A DNA stretch of 64,000 nucleotides from Tricharina praecox (taxonomy: Eukaryota): contig NW_026250427.1 in NCBI RefSeq assembly GCF_024521635.1, positions 310,001 to 374,000 of the forward strand. Reading direction: 5' to 3'. Below the pieces are notes generated by a model, which made no database searches, was not told the origin of the DNA, and saw only the letters and a program-made list of their open reading frames with translations. Shown here piece by piece: positions 14,294-27,161 of the stretch. Within the stretch, counting starts at the first letter, position 1. Every line of letters begins with the position of its first letter. Position numbers and translations under genes: made by a program.

Positions 14294-15826
14294 CCCCCCT
14301 GTTGACGATGTATCTCGTCCGCAGATTACTTGTCTGTTCTGGTTCGAATCGACGGGTGCGATACACAGGATAGCGGAACTGAAAACACCCCTGGACCCTT
14401 CGTCGATTCAGCCCATTGCCCGTCACGCCGTTCCGGAGATTGGTTTCCGCAAATGGGTCGCGACGGTACTATCGACAACCCAGGTGTCGCAGAACGTCAT
14501 CCTACTGGCGCTGCTTTTCGTGTATAGATTGAAGAAACTCAATCCGAGCGTGCAGGGAAAGCCGGGCAGCGAATTCCGGTTGTTCACGGTGGCCTTGATG
14601 TTGGGAAACAAATGTGCGTGCCGGAGGGGAGGAGGAGGGAGAGATATCCCTGGCGGATGTGTGATATCCTGTGGCTGACTCACGGAACAGATCTTGACGA
14701 TAACACCTACACCAACAAGACCTGGGCAGAGGTCTCGGGAATCACTGTCGGGGATATTCACGTCATGGAGGTCGAGTTTCTGAGCAACATGCGCTACGGC
14801 TTGTATGTCGGGGATCAGGAGTGGAAGGATTGGCATACGAATCTGGGGAAGTACTGGGATTACTGGGATAAGGCTTCGAGACTACCGCTGGCGTCCCCAC
14901 CGCAACCCCAACCGATGTCGCCCACCTCCAATGGTGGATCCCCCGCTTTCGCCCACCTCCATGCCCCGCCGCCGCCGCTGCAGCCGACCGCTATTGCTGG
15001 GCACCAGCTCTTCCTCCCCGCCCCAGTCGCGCTGGATCCTCCGCACGTTCCGTCGATCTCGATGCCCATCCCGGACTTTGACTCGTTCTCCAGGAAACGC
15101 TCCATCGACTATGCGAGCGTCATGCAGCCACCGTCGAAGAGGGTGACCAGATCGCAGGTTCCGAAGTTGTCGGTGAACGTGCCGCAGTTTCCCGTCTCGG
15201 TGCCGACCACGATGCCTCCCGGGAGTGCGCCGCCACGGCTACAGCCGTTGGATTACCAACTGCCGCTGCCGTCGAATCGGGGGGCTCCTCCGCGAACGAT
15301 GGACACTCACCCCGTCCAGCTACAGCAACATCCCCTTCAAATACAGCAACAGCAGCAGCACCACTCGATACAGCTACCCCAACAGCAACAACAACAGCAG
15401 CAGCAGCAGCAGCATCCCCAACTCCCATTGCCTTCCGCCCGGCCGATGCCAGTCGTGTCCCACTCGAGCCCATCCGCTTCGGGTCCCCCGGTCCATTTCG
15501 ATTTCTCACCCTACAGCGCTCGACAGACATCGCCTTATTCGGCCCAGCACTCGGTCGCGTCGTCCCCCATCACGCCGAATTTCAGTTCTCAGCGGTCGCC
15601 GACTTGTTGGATCCTTGGGAACCGCCATTCGCCCTACCGGCCAGTGCGCACCGTCAACACTTTGCTCGTTCCTCCACATCTGGAGGCGCCCCAACAGATT
15701 GGCTACGATCAGATGCACTACCAGCCACTGGCCAAAGTGAGATCGGAGTACAAGACGGGTGTTGTTCCTTACATGCAGCCCGAAGTTTCCTGGAACCATT
15801 CTTGGTCCGACAACAACCACTACTGA
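13596..15826 (+). CDS. CLG1: Cyclin-like protein, Clg1/Pcl (Pho85-cyclin)/mug80 family
   Basis: Exons 13596-14219, 14325-14613, 14691-15826; introns GTACGA..GCAG (14220-14324) and GTGCGT..GCTGAC..ACAG (14614-14690). The spliced protein has the cyclin box ADFAAQ|ITCLFWFE..FRKWVATVLSTTQVSQNVILLALLFVYRLKKLNP..GSEFRLFTVALMLGNKY|LDDNTYTNKTWAEVSGI, followed by a Pro/Gln-rich tail. The start is taken as the first in-frame ATG. Confidence 0.88.
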
Positions 15827-17644
15827 GGTCATCACTACCGGAAACGGTCAACTATACTACCCTACGAAGGATGAGATCACTAGACTCCGGGGGAGAGGGG
15901 GGGTTATGTCAAGAAACAGCCGGAGATTGCAATTACTGTTGAAACATCCTTTTTTATTATTCTCGTTCCGAGCTCTACTTTTTTTTTCCTTCTTCGATTA
16001 CAGGGATTATCCGGGGTTTTGTTGGGTGGTATACTCTGAGGGTGTCAGCCTCCCTCCCTCCCCACCTCTCATTCGATTATTCTTGAATGTACTATTAGCT
16101 TTTTTCTTTTCTTCTCTCTTCTCTTTTTTTTCCCTTTCTTTTCTTTTCTTTGTTTTGGGGGCGGGTGGCGGCGGTGGTTATCTTGCTTTGGACTGCTACA
16201 TGAAGGTTTGTGTGCATCGGACTGGCGTTCTGTTTGTTGGGGATTTTTACTGTGTTTGTTACCTTTCTCTTTGTTGTGCGTGTGATAACTGGGAAGGGAT
16301 GGGGTATGGTGGGGGGAAAATGGAGGGGGGATTACCAATGGAGGGGCGGAAGATGGGAGGGAGGGGGGATGAGGGGTGATGGGGGGGGGGGGGGGCGCAC
16401 AAGCATACGTTACCTATTTTACCGCCTGTCAGGAGGCAGTCTTTTTTTCTCTCGAAGGGATGGAATGGAAGATTATCGTCTAGGGAGCGAGGGAGGGACA
16501 CGATGGCATGGCTGGCTTTGATGGGCTGGTCGCAAGATGGCCGGTCGCAAGGTCGCAAGGTCGCAAGTCTGTCTGGCCTGTCCTGCCCTGTCCTAGGTTA
16601 TCGAACCTGCTCTACTCTTCTCTGTGATACTCTTTGCTTCGGTGTGATTTGCCTCTATGCCAATGTGATTTGCCTCTATGCTTTATGTGCTCGTAGGGAG
16701 GTAGGAGGTAGGAAGGTATGCGTACGGTATGCGTGCGGCTGGTTTCGAAGTTGCACTGAGGTCTGAACTCTGGCGACCAGTGACCACTGAGGTCGCGAAT
16801 AATGACTACATACCTGGTACTCTACATGCTTCCGAACGGCGAACGGCGAGCACGCGCAAACGCTAGCAGAGCAGCTGCCAGGTCGAAGCCACGAAGGATG
16901 ATGGATGATGGTATGTAGAGTATGTAGAGTAGGAAGCATGTAGAGTATGTAGAGTATGTAGCCGGCAGCCGAGCCGAGCAGGCGGACGGACGACCGCGAT
17001 GTCACAGTGAGCTCTCGTGATTCGCGACGGCTAAGGACCAGCTATCGAACACGGCGGTACATAGGCGGGCGGAGCGGGAATACTGGTTGAGAACACGTGC
17101 AGACTGAGGAAATGCGCGGAAATGTGCGGAAATGCGAGGAACGTTAGATCATGGGTGGTCATGGGTGGTCACTGGGAGAGCGAGTGATAATTAGGAAGCC
17201 CAAGTACTGCTCACGGTATGTAGAGTAAAGTAGATAGTACGAACTGGAAATTAAAATCCTACTATGTACTCTAGTATGAGGTATGTAGTATCTACCCTCC
17301 GATGACGAGCGGGCTCATCCGCGGGTTCACAGCGCGCAATCGCACAATCAGTCAATTAGGGGATAAGAGGTGGCTGTCCCATCCCATCCCATCCCGCATC
17401 CGCTCCTGAACGGTCATTGAAAGCCGTGGCTGCCACGCGATTGTATGATACTGACTCGCCTTTGCCGCTTGGGCTACTATCACCACTTAGGTATCACTAC
17501 TACATGGTGTGGTACATAGAGTGGTATTTTTCTCTCGAGAGATAGAGAGAGAGAGGGGGGGGGGGGGGGGGGGGGGGGGGGAGAGCGAGGAATGTCCACG
17601 AAGTCGGATGGGTAGTTGGTATGAATACATAACATAACATAGCA

Positions 17645-18010
17645 TTAACTTGAGTCTTGAGTCTTGAGTCTTGAGAACAGCCGTACATAAGTACCTACAA
17701 CATCGCCAGACAGACAGCCAGCCGGCCCTAATCTTGGCCAATCATGTATTTGTCCCACATATATATCTGTAGGCTCTAGCTAAAGCAGAACGAGAGAAGC
17801 AGACAGACCAAGTAGACTGGCCGGACGTATTGCTAAAACCATGCGGCGTATCATACCTATGTTCTGGAGGGAGGGAGGGTAATTAGTGAGTGAGTGAGAA
17901 CGGTGAGAGCCTGTTTTGTTGTTTAATCATCATCGAGAACGGTGAGAGTGAGAGGGAGAATAGCGAGGGAGAATAGCGAAGAAGAACGGGTTCGCTCGGA
18001 ATCAGGATGC
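17645..18010 (+). repeat. Dispersed repeat module, inverted homolog of 40530-40850
   Basis: Shared strings GTCTTGAGAACAGCCGTACA, ATCTTGGCCAATCATGTATTTGT, GTTCTGGAGGGAGGG and GAGAGGGAGAATAGCGAG are found reverse-complemented at ~40650-40835. Confidence 0.8.
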
Positions 18011-18886
18011 AGAGCTCGAATGAGTACCTACCAACTGAATACCGGGCACCGCCTTACCGGCCAGTAATAAGTATCTCCAAAGGACGAAGAACCGCCCTTC
18101 CCAATGCCCGCCGCAATGCCCGCTGCGGCAGCGCGGCAGTGCGGCAGGCTGGTGCCGCTGCAAAGTAATAAACCCCAGACCCGGGCATGCAGTCGCACCA
18201 TTTCAAAACCTGCCTCGAAATGCGAATGGAAAAACCAGCCAGCAGGAAACACTGCGAGCAGTGGGCAGTGGGCACAGGTCGGGAAGCAGACAAGGAGTGC
18301 CCAGGGGGTAAGGATCGATTCGAGATCCGCGAGCGCTTCGCAGACGAGCGGTGCAGCGAGGGGTGCAGTCAGCCTTCGAGACATCCGAGCCGAGACTTCT
18401 TTTCGTCTACTAGGTGCTGCGGTGGGCACTGGGTAGGCGGATCCCTAGGGCCTAGAGGCTGGTGGGGAAGATGCAGCAAGTGAGGTGAGGTGTCGGAGTG
18501 GGAACTGGGGAAGCTGGGGGAGCTGGGGGAGCTGGGGGAGCTGGGGGGAGCTGGGGGAGCGGGGGGAGCGGGGGGAGAGGAAGGTGCTGCGAGCGTTCGG
18601 CGGCCCGAGAAGGAGGGTGAGGAGGAGGAGGAGATTTCCGAGGGAGGCGACAGCGTGGATTAGGGACTCGCGGAGGGGGGAGGGGGCGGACGACTCACGA
18701 GCCCGGGGAGCGGACGGGGGGTTTCCCCCAGTGTTATTTCTTTGGTGCGCTCCATCTGAATTTCGAGTCGGGCAGTGGCGTGAAAACGGGGGGGGGGGGG
18801 GGGTGTATGGGTTGATATTGCCATGCTCTACATATGTGGGTCACATGCAATTAATGAACAAACCAGAAACAAAACAGGCGGCAGGA

Positions 18887-19365
18887 CGCTTCAGTGGGGG
18901 GAGAGGGTTGAGCGGAGAGCAATAGGGAACCGGTATCGAGCTCATTGCTTCCGAGAGTTCTGGAGATGCAGCTACTCGAAAGGAGCCATCCAAGCACCAG
19001 GCTTTCTTCGCCCTCTCGCATAGCAGCCAGAGAAGCAATGAAAAAAAAGGGGGATCCAGTCAGAACATCTGCAGCTGAGCGCCCAGACCCCAATTCCAAA
19101 AAAGTAAGCAAACAATACCTGACCAACACACAGGGATATTCTCATCCCCAATCGACCCGCTGCGAATCAGTGAATCGCAGAGGAATCGAAATGAGCGATG
19201 ACCTGATATGTGTGTTGACCTGGTATATTCGCCGATGATGATGAGGAAGAGAAAGGAGAGAGGGGGGGAGGGGAGGGAGGGTTTTATAGGTTCTTGAAAT
19301 CGAGATTTCGCCGCTGCATGGTCGGTCACTCGGCATGTTAGCCTAAGAACTCGCGTCACAGGCGG
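18887..19365 (-). ncRNA. Structured cassette copy 1 (candidate ncRNA or non-autonomous element)
   Basis: TATAAAA 19288-19282, long hairpin 19232-19108, ACTTTTTTGGA 19105-19095, second hairpin 19091-19049, T8 tract. Homologous to the copies at 20.1, 39.7 and 40.1 kb. Transcription is unproven. Confidence 0.4.
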
Positions 19366-19780
19366 CAACACGCGCCAGTGGTTGTTGTGCGGGTAGGGCT
19401 GGGAATATATCTGGAGGATGGTGCTGAGGTCGGGCCCGCTCCCGCTGTTCCTTCCTACACCTTCTTTCGTGGCATCTCCTGTGGAAGAGGCAGGAGGCGA
19501 GGCGGCCAAGGAGCGGAATGTTCTTTCCTGGCTTTGTTTCTTTGGTGTGCTCATATATCGTCGGGATAAGCTACGGCGCGGGTAGGGAAGCCGCACCGGG
19601 CCGCTCGGTGAAAGTCTGGTTCGAAAGTGGCGTGGAAACGGGGGGGCGTACGGGTAGACATTGCTCTTATCTAGACAGTTTGCACGCAATCAATGATTGA
19701 ACAAAAAACAGCCGCTGAGAGAGAGAGAGAGAGATCTTCAGATTATTTCGCGTGCAGCCTATCTAGACTATGGCGAACCG
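19366..19780 (+). repeat. Repeat modules shared with 40190-40480 (direct), 18705-18880 (direct) and 40578-40650 (inverted)
   Basis: CCTTCTTTCGTGGCATCTCCTGT..GAAGAGGCAGGAGGCGAGGCGG..TTTCTTTGGTGYGCTCATATATCGTCGGGATA occurs at both loci. GAGAGATCTTCAG..TGCAGCCTATC..TAGACTATGGC is inverted at 40.6 kb. Confidence 0.8.
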
Positions 19781-20049
19781 TCGCCCTCCTTTCCTGCTCA
19801 CTCTGGCCGGCCGGGGGTCGATACCCTGCTACCAGCCAGCACGATGTGGTGCTGCTGCCCGCCAAACAAATAACATAGAAAATCGCACCAAGAACATATC
19901 ACTGGTGACTGCATATCCCCATTTCTTGCTTCCTCGCACCGGCCGCAGACACAGTACCCTGCTAGACACTCTTATTCTGCCCTTGATGCGATGCTTGCCT
20001 CCTCTTCATCATCCTCCTCCTGTTAGCTAGTGCGAAGTTAGGGCTAGCT

Positions 20050-20524
20050 TCACACTTAGATCTAGCGGTATCGAGTGACATATTACGCGTCAGCAAAATT
20101 TTGATTGCAAGAACCCCACCAACACCTATAAAAGCCTCCCTCCCCTCCCCCACTCTCTCCTTTCTCCCCATCATCATCGGTGAACATATCAGGTCAACGC
20201 ACACATCAGGTCATCGCTCATTTCGATTCCTCTGCGATTCACTGATTCGCAGCGGGTCGATTGGGGATGAGAGTATCTCTGTGTTGGTCTGGTACTGTTT
20301 ACTTACTTTTTGGAACTGGGGTCTGGCGCTCAGCTGCAGATGTTCTGACTGGATCCCCTTTTTTGCATTGCTTTTCTGGCTGCTATGCGAGAGGGCGAAG
20401 AATGCCTGGTGCTTTGATGGCTACTTTCGAGCACCTAGCTGTATCTCTACAACTCGCGGAAGAAATGAGCTCTATACCGGTTCCCTATTGCTCTCCGCTC
20501 AACCCTCTCCTCCCACTGAAGCGT
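20050..20524 (+). ncRNA. Structured cassette copy 2 (inverted relative to copy 1)
   Basis: TATAAAA 20127-20133, TCATCATC 20171-20178, hairpin 20180-20302, ACTTTTTGGA 20305-20314, hairpin 20318-20358, T6 20359-20364. Confidence 0.4.
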
Positions 20525-23500
20525 GTTTCCAGGTCGATTATGAACGAGAATAAGGAGCGCGAACAAAACGCCCAACGTGTGAGACGTGAGCTACCCCGCA
20601 GCGGCGGCGGCAGAACAAGCATGAAAGCAAGCCATTGATGAACACACACGGCAGCTTCCGTAGCTTCTACCTGTAGCTGCGTGGGAGCCTTTGGTAGAAT
20701 ACCTAGTATTGGTCGCTACTATATAGAGGGCGGCGGATCCGGTGCTCGAATGCGTTTGCCCGCTGCGAACCCGCCCATGAGCTGGATACCGTACCTAAGT
20801 CGACGATCTTGGAAGTTCACCAACCAGAAGGCAACTTTCATATGATATATCCAACAAGCTGTAGCGGCGACGGTATGCGGGATTCAGTATGCCCAGATGA
20901 GTACCTACACTTACCTTTCATAGCGCGCTTCCCTACTATTCTGCTGTGCTATTCTTCTAGGAAGGTCCCCCGTTATGCTTGCCAGACATTACTTCCTTTC
21001 CTGCTGAAGAACTCTTGATATACTACCTAGATAAAGCCCTCGTCTTTTCGGAACTGACTCACAGCTCGCCGCAACGAGATTCCCAACACTAGGAATGTGA
21101 GGATGTTTTGGTTCACGTATGTAGTCCAAAATCTCAATACAGCAGTCTCTGTTCGCCTTTACGCACCGCCGAGCCGCCGAACCGCAATCAACAGAACTAT
21201 CAGAACTAGCCGCGAGATTTGTCGAGTGAGCGAACATGATGAATCGGGGGTGCGGGCGACGTGCTCAACCGAAAGTGCTGGGACAGTTTATAGAGGCAAC
21301 ATCATCTTGACGGATTACCTCCGAGTCCCGATTTTCACCGATTTTCCGTTTTTTCGCATTATGTAGGTAGTCATTCCGGGACCGGAGGGTTCCATGAGCG
21401 GGTTCCATGAGCGAATACGTAGATTATCTATATCTCCCGAGCAAACATCCAGGCGCTTGCTCACCGCACTACACTGCACTGCACGTACATAGGCTTGCCG
21501 CGCCGATGCGTACAGCGCGGGTATGTACCCCCATAGCTACCATATGATATATCTCTACGAAAATCATCATCTCGACCTCACCCGCCCGTCGCCTTCTGTT
21601 TTAACTCTCCCCTCATGTGGTTCTAACTTCTCACCGAGACGAGACGAGACGAGACCGAGCAGCCGCGCCGACCGACATCACGCATCGCACCGTCCATCGC
21701 ATAGTCCATCGCGATCACCGCGCAGAGTACCTAGGTAGGTACCGGTACATAATGTATAGGGTACCTACTAACATAAGTACCTACCCTGTAGCCCCTTCGG
21801 AAGTTGGTTGATCCATCCCCGACCCTGGGGGGTTGACGATGTCAGGGCAGGGCAGGGCAGGGCAGGGCAGGGCAGGGGGTCAACTACATACTTACTTAAT
21901 TAGAAGTTAGGCGTCGCATATCGGCGAGCGGGAGATGAGCGTACTATCCGTGGCCATGCTATGCTATGCTATGCTATCCGTAGCTATGCGGTACGGACGG
22001 TACGGACGGAGCGGCGGCGGCGGCGTTCAGGCTTCAGGCGGATCCCGTCATCCCCATGTGAGTCGTGACTGGCGACTGCCTGCCTGTCTGCCTGGCTGGT
22101 ATATACCTAGGCGACCGACGGCTTCCAGAAGCTCGGGTGCGGCAGATAGATACCTACCTAGAGAGTGGGTGGGCTCGAGGCGGTGGGTGGGTGTGTACAG
22201 TGTGGGATGTGGGATGTGTGATTTAGGATGACGACGCCGGGATCTCCGGGTGGATATGAGGGATGTATGGAGGGATGAAGGATGGAGGGATGGCTGTATG
22301 GAGGGATGGAGGAGTGTAGGGTGGAGGTTCTCGGGTTCGCTTTCGCCAAAGTCAGAGTCAGAGCATGGGTCCCTCCCCGTCCTCATCCTCCTCCCAGCGC
22401 CGACGCCGATGCCTGCATCGAGTATAGTATACGGTACCTAGTACAGAGGCTCGACAGTGGACAGTGGACGTTCGTCAAACCGTGGTGCCGCAACGCCCGG
22501 TAACTCCCCCTTCCTCTCCTCCCCCCGCGCGCCAGCGTTACATAAGTACCGGTACCTAGGAGGAAGAAGGGAAAGATGCACTTCACGAAGCGCCAGAAGT
22601 GCCAAGTGGGCCCCGTCCCCGTACTAACTATCGCTAGGTATATCTACAGCTAACTGTAGGCTGTAACCACCCTTCGCATTATATACCAAGTAATAATCAT
22701 TAAATCACAGCCCGACTGTCCAACACTCGGACTGTCCGACAATCCGACGCATTGGATCCGCTCAAAACCTCAAACCGCTGTATAACGCCCAGCCAATACT
22801 CCCCTAGAGTAGTTGACCACGTCATCCCGATTCGCACATGTCACGGGGTGCTCGGCGGGCACTGTAACAGTCTATGTATGTAGAGTACGAGCAACTTTCC
22901 CTCAGCCAGCACCTCCACCACCACCGCCGCCTCCACCTCCACCTCCACCTCCACCAGCGCCGCCATCGCCGCCGTGAACTCGCCGGCGCCCTGTGGAGAT
23001 TATATATGCGAAATGTATGCAGCGATGCAGCGGTGCAGCGAGTGACACGCCATGCCATGCCATGCCCATCCGCGTGCGCCATGCGCCGTGCGACGTGCAA
23101 CGTGCGTGCGTGCGTGTGAAGCCTGATTCACTTCGCAGTCGCGGACTCGCGGAGTCGCGGAGTCGCGGCGTGCATGATTGGTTGGCGCCACCACCACAGT
23201 ACCACCGCCGCCGCCGCCCAGCGCCGTGTCACGAGTGCAGATCTGAAAATAAACTGCCACTGGTGAGCGGCGTGCATGGCGCATGCGCATCATGGGCCAT
23301 GGCATGGCATGTCGTGACTTTACTTCACTTCGGTGCTGAGTGCTGAGTGCTGAGTGAACTGTGGCTTCACCCCTTCGCTCCTTCGCTCCCCCACCCCTTC
23401 ATTCGTTGCAGTAGAGCACATTGTACCTACATGGGCGAACTCGAACCTTACCGTCCGAGTATGTAGCCCAGCCCAGCCTGCTCAGCCCAGCCCGTACGTT

Positions 23501-25254
23501 TGGCTACCATACATAGGAGTACCGTAGGAGTGCGAAAAGGGGAGAAGGGGAGAAAGCGAGAAGGGGAGAAAGGGAGAAGGGGCGCCTCGTCAAATGTCAT
23601 CGAAAAGGAGAAGAAGCATCAGCATCAGCAATGTTCATCTTCAGGAGTAGTTAGAACCCGTTTTCTGCCCTATCAAGTGATGAAGGTGACACGAATGTGT
23701 AGGAGCTGCCCTACACATCACGAGCTCCTCACCCTTCGCTCCTTCTCTTCACTCGTCGCCCCCTTTACTCTAACTAGAGTAGAGTAGCCTGAGCGAGCCT
23801 GGGCGAGCTCGACTCTCGACCCTCGACTCTCGAGAATGTGGCTTGGTCGTCTGCCGTCTGTATGTAGATAGTTCTGCAGTAGGTACCTACTCTACTGCAG
23901 TCCCGCTGCTGCCCACGCACATTTTGCGCGCGCTTGGTTGTATTTATGTACCAAAGTATCCCATCGAATACGCATACGCACGACGCATCGTGATCGTGAA
24001 TGTTCCGTTATTATCAGGAGGGGTACATAGCAGTAGTAGCAGCAATAGCAGTAGCAGTAACAGTAACAGTATCATAGCAGTAATAGTAGTAGTAGCGGTA
24101 GTAGTATTTCATTCATCCAGCCATTGTTCGATACGACACCCAGTTACACACCTACACACAGAGAGACACCTCCACACTTCCACTCATCCACACACACAGA
24201 CACAGAGACACAAAAACCAAAAAACACAATGAAAAAAACACAAGGAAATGTAACGGAAGAAGAAGTAAAAGAAAAAATGGAAAAAAAAAAGAAAAACCCA
24301 AACAGATATCAAGGTACAAACGGATCACTACGAATGACACGAAAACAAAACAAACAAACAGAGAAGAAAAAACCCGAAAAAAGGAACCCATTCACCCGTT
24401 TCCACTCCCCCTATACGCTATGCAAGGGAAAAGAAAAACAGACCGGAAAAGCAGACAATGATAGAACGCACAAATACAGACACAGATACAACACGATACG
24501 ATACAGATGACAGGAACTGTGAAAAAAGAAAAAAATGAAGAAAACAGGAGCTAATAGTACAACAATGCGAGAACTGGGCATACGCGGCTATAGGAAAGCA
24601 ACAGCGCAAGGGGCGAATGAGATAGCGAAGGAAGGAGTTGACGGAAAACAGCTGTGCCATGTATGTAGCCAACCGCATCGTAAACCAAAAAAAGGACGAA
24701 AACAAACAAAAAAGGATTAAAGCGAGTATTCTTTTGAGTAAATCCCACCCAGACAACACAAACCACAAACGAAAAGCAGTAAAAAAAAGATATCCCATCC
24801 GCAAAAAAGTTCCGACCCCGATAAACGCCTCTCCCCCCCCAGTCCCAATGTGTGCCTTAAAGAAAGTCTCCCGGTTATCAGCGTTGCCCACCGGGCTAAC
24901 ACCCCGCCAACCGCCCCCACAACCACACCTATTATTCACCGCCAGTCAATTAAGCCGGCAACGAAGGAGCGGTGGTGGCGACTGTGGTGGCGGGCTTCGA
25001 CGCGAGAAGCAGGTTGCTTCGAGAGTCTGCAGAAGGAGTACCAGCCATTCCACGTCGAAAAAAACCCCAACCCCGAGAGCAACGAAAACACAAAACCCTC
25101 CCAAAATAAGATCGTTGACAAAATCCGAAATCCCAAAGCAAGGCGAGACACAAAGAAATCCGTCGAATTTGATTGCAGTATTAGGGGTCATGACAAACAG
25201 AATCCGTTGTTTTGAAGACAGCTGAAAAATAATGAAATCTCAGTGGTGTAGCGT

Positions 25255-27132
25255 TTACATGCCATTGGGATCCGGCGATAAGCCGTGTGTCATTGGAAAC
25301 TGCATCAGATGCTGCATGTCGACGGAGTCCTGGTCGTCCATATGCGGTGGTGAATCATGCATCTGCATCAACGATTGCTTCGAGTACAGCTCGCTCAGAT
25401 CCTCCTGCATGGATCCGGTGTGATCGTATGCGTTGGAGAACATGTCGGCACTGGACGAGCGGTCGAGGTGGGTCAAGGGAGGCGATCCGCTGGCGATGAT
25501 CGGGTCGGCACCCATCGAGATGGGCGAGATGGACTGCGACACACCGTTGGACGGGCCGTGGAGCGGCGACAGGAACGGCAAGCTGTACGGAGTGCCGTAT
25601 CCACCGCCGTTCACATCGGTGTGAGGAGCAGAATGGAGCATGTTGGGACTCGCGTAGTCGGACGGAGAAGCAGTGGTAGTGGCCGAGAGGGGGTAGCCGG
25701 TTGAACCGGGTCGGTAGTCGAGGAAGCCCGACGACGTGTCGATCCGAAGCGGCGTGCCGGAGAGAGCGGAGCCCACGAGGGCATGTGGGTGCATGGGTGC
25801 AGGCGCGTACAGGTGGTCGTTGTGGTCGTTGTGGTCCTGGAACGAGAACGATGGCATGTTCTGCTGCATCTGAGAGAAGTCAATAGCGATCGGCACGGAC
25901 CGACTACGAGTGCGACGGTGCTTCTGGTGGAATTGATGGCCAGGAGCGACCTCCAGCTGATGGTGTTGAGGCCAGGTCGGGATGTCGTTGGACGAAGCCG
26001 GGCGGATGATGTGTGGCGACACAGGCGCCGAGACCGACATGGACTGCTCGTACATCGAATAATGCATCGCGTGAGCGTGTCGGTTGGCGAATGCCTCCAG
26101 CGTCACCAACTTCGCCAACTGGCCCGCCAGGATCTTGGGGTGTCCGCCGAGGTAGTGGGTGAGCACCTGGGAAGCCTGTTGATCCTCGGTGAAATCGCCG
26201 CACTGGTAGAAACCCCCGGACCCGGACGAATCCATGAAAAAGTTTGGCGGCCGAGTCAGGTTGATGACCAATTGTCCTTGCTTCTGCTGTCCGGTGGTCG
26301 AGTTGCTCGCCGCCACATCGTGTGTCTCCAACTCGATGCTCTTGATGTACTGGAACGGGTACTCGATCTTGTAACCTGCAGAATCGTTGTTGATGTAGTA
26401 GGTCAGACAAGCCTTTTCGGGCGAGTAAAACACGATCAAGTCCATCGTGTTCTGTCCCACGCGACGCCAGGTACCGATGTTAAGCGACCGACAGTTGAAG
26501 TGGTGGATGACTGTTGGCAGCATGCGTCAGTACCGCAAAGGGGAGACCAAAAAAAAACTTTTTTTCCAGCGCCAATCGGAACTCACCAATCTTTCCCTGT
26601 GGTTGCGTCTCCTGAGGCATCAACATGGTTCCGTTGCCATAGGCAGACATCCGGTAGCGATCGCCCATGTAGAAGCCCTTTCCTGACTCCATCGCCTGCA
26701 AAGCGAGGTACTGGCGCATGGACTCGGGAATCGCATCACAATCCTCGCCTGTCTCGATACTCTTCTTCGCCAAGGTCTTGATTTTGGCACGTCTGGAAAG
26801 AAAGAAAATACGAATGTCAGTAAAAGCGGGGCGGACGGAAACAATTCCCACGGAACATCGACGCACCGGTTCTGGAACCAGATTTGCACGGATCGCTCGG
26901 TCATGTTGATCTCCAATGCGATGCGCTCACGGACAAGGGCTGTGGGTGTCGGGTTCTTGTTGAATTCGGCCTCCAGTGTGATGAGCTGCTCCTGGGTCGC
27001 GCGCTGACGTTTCTGATTCTTCTGCTGTTGTGTGAGGGTGCTCTTCCTCGGCGGCCGCCGGGAGGCTGTGCCGGACGACTGGTGATGAGGAGGGGAGGGG
27101 GAGGGAGACATCGACATGTTGTTTTCGGACAT
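25255..27132 (-). CDS. Homeobox transcription factor (PAH1/RfeB/Hoy1/Pho2-like)
   Basis: Exons 27132-26867, 26792-26587, 26510-25255; introns 26866-26793 (GTGCGT..CAG) and 26586-26511 (GTGAGT..CAG). Homeodomain [55 protein letters not shown], then the fungal domain [31 protein letters not shown]. The subfamily name is from recall. Confidence 0.92.
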
Positions 27133-27161
27133 ATTGTTTTCGGGGATATGTATTTCGGTTT

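Noticed and set aside
18028..18700. 133-aa minus ORF and (GGGGAGCTG)n tract inside the repeat locus
   Set aside because: No recognisable transposase, gag or RT motif, and the start is non-ATG.
20127..20364. Identification of the cassette as U1, U2, U5, U3, SRP or tRNA
   Set aside because: Diagnostic motifs (ATACTTACCTG, GTGTAGTA, GCCTTTTAC, A/B boxes) are absent.
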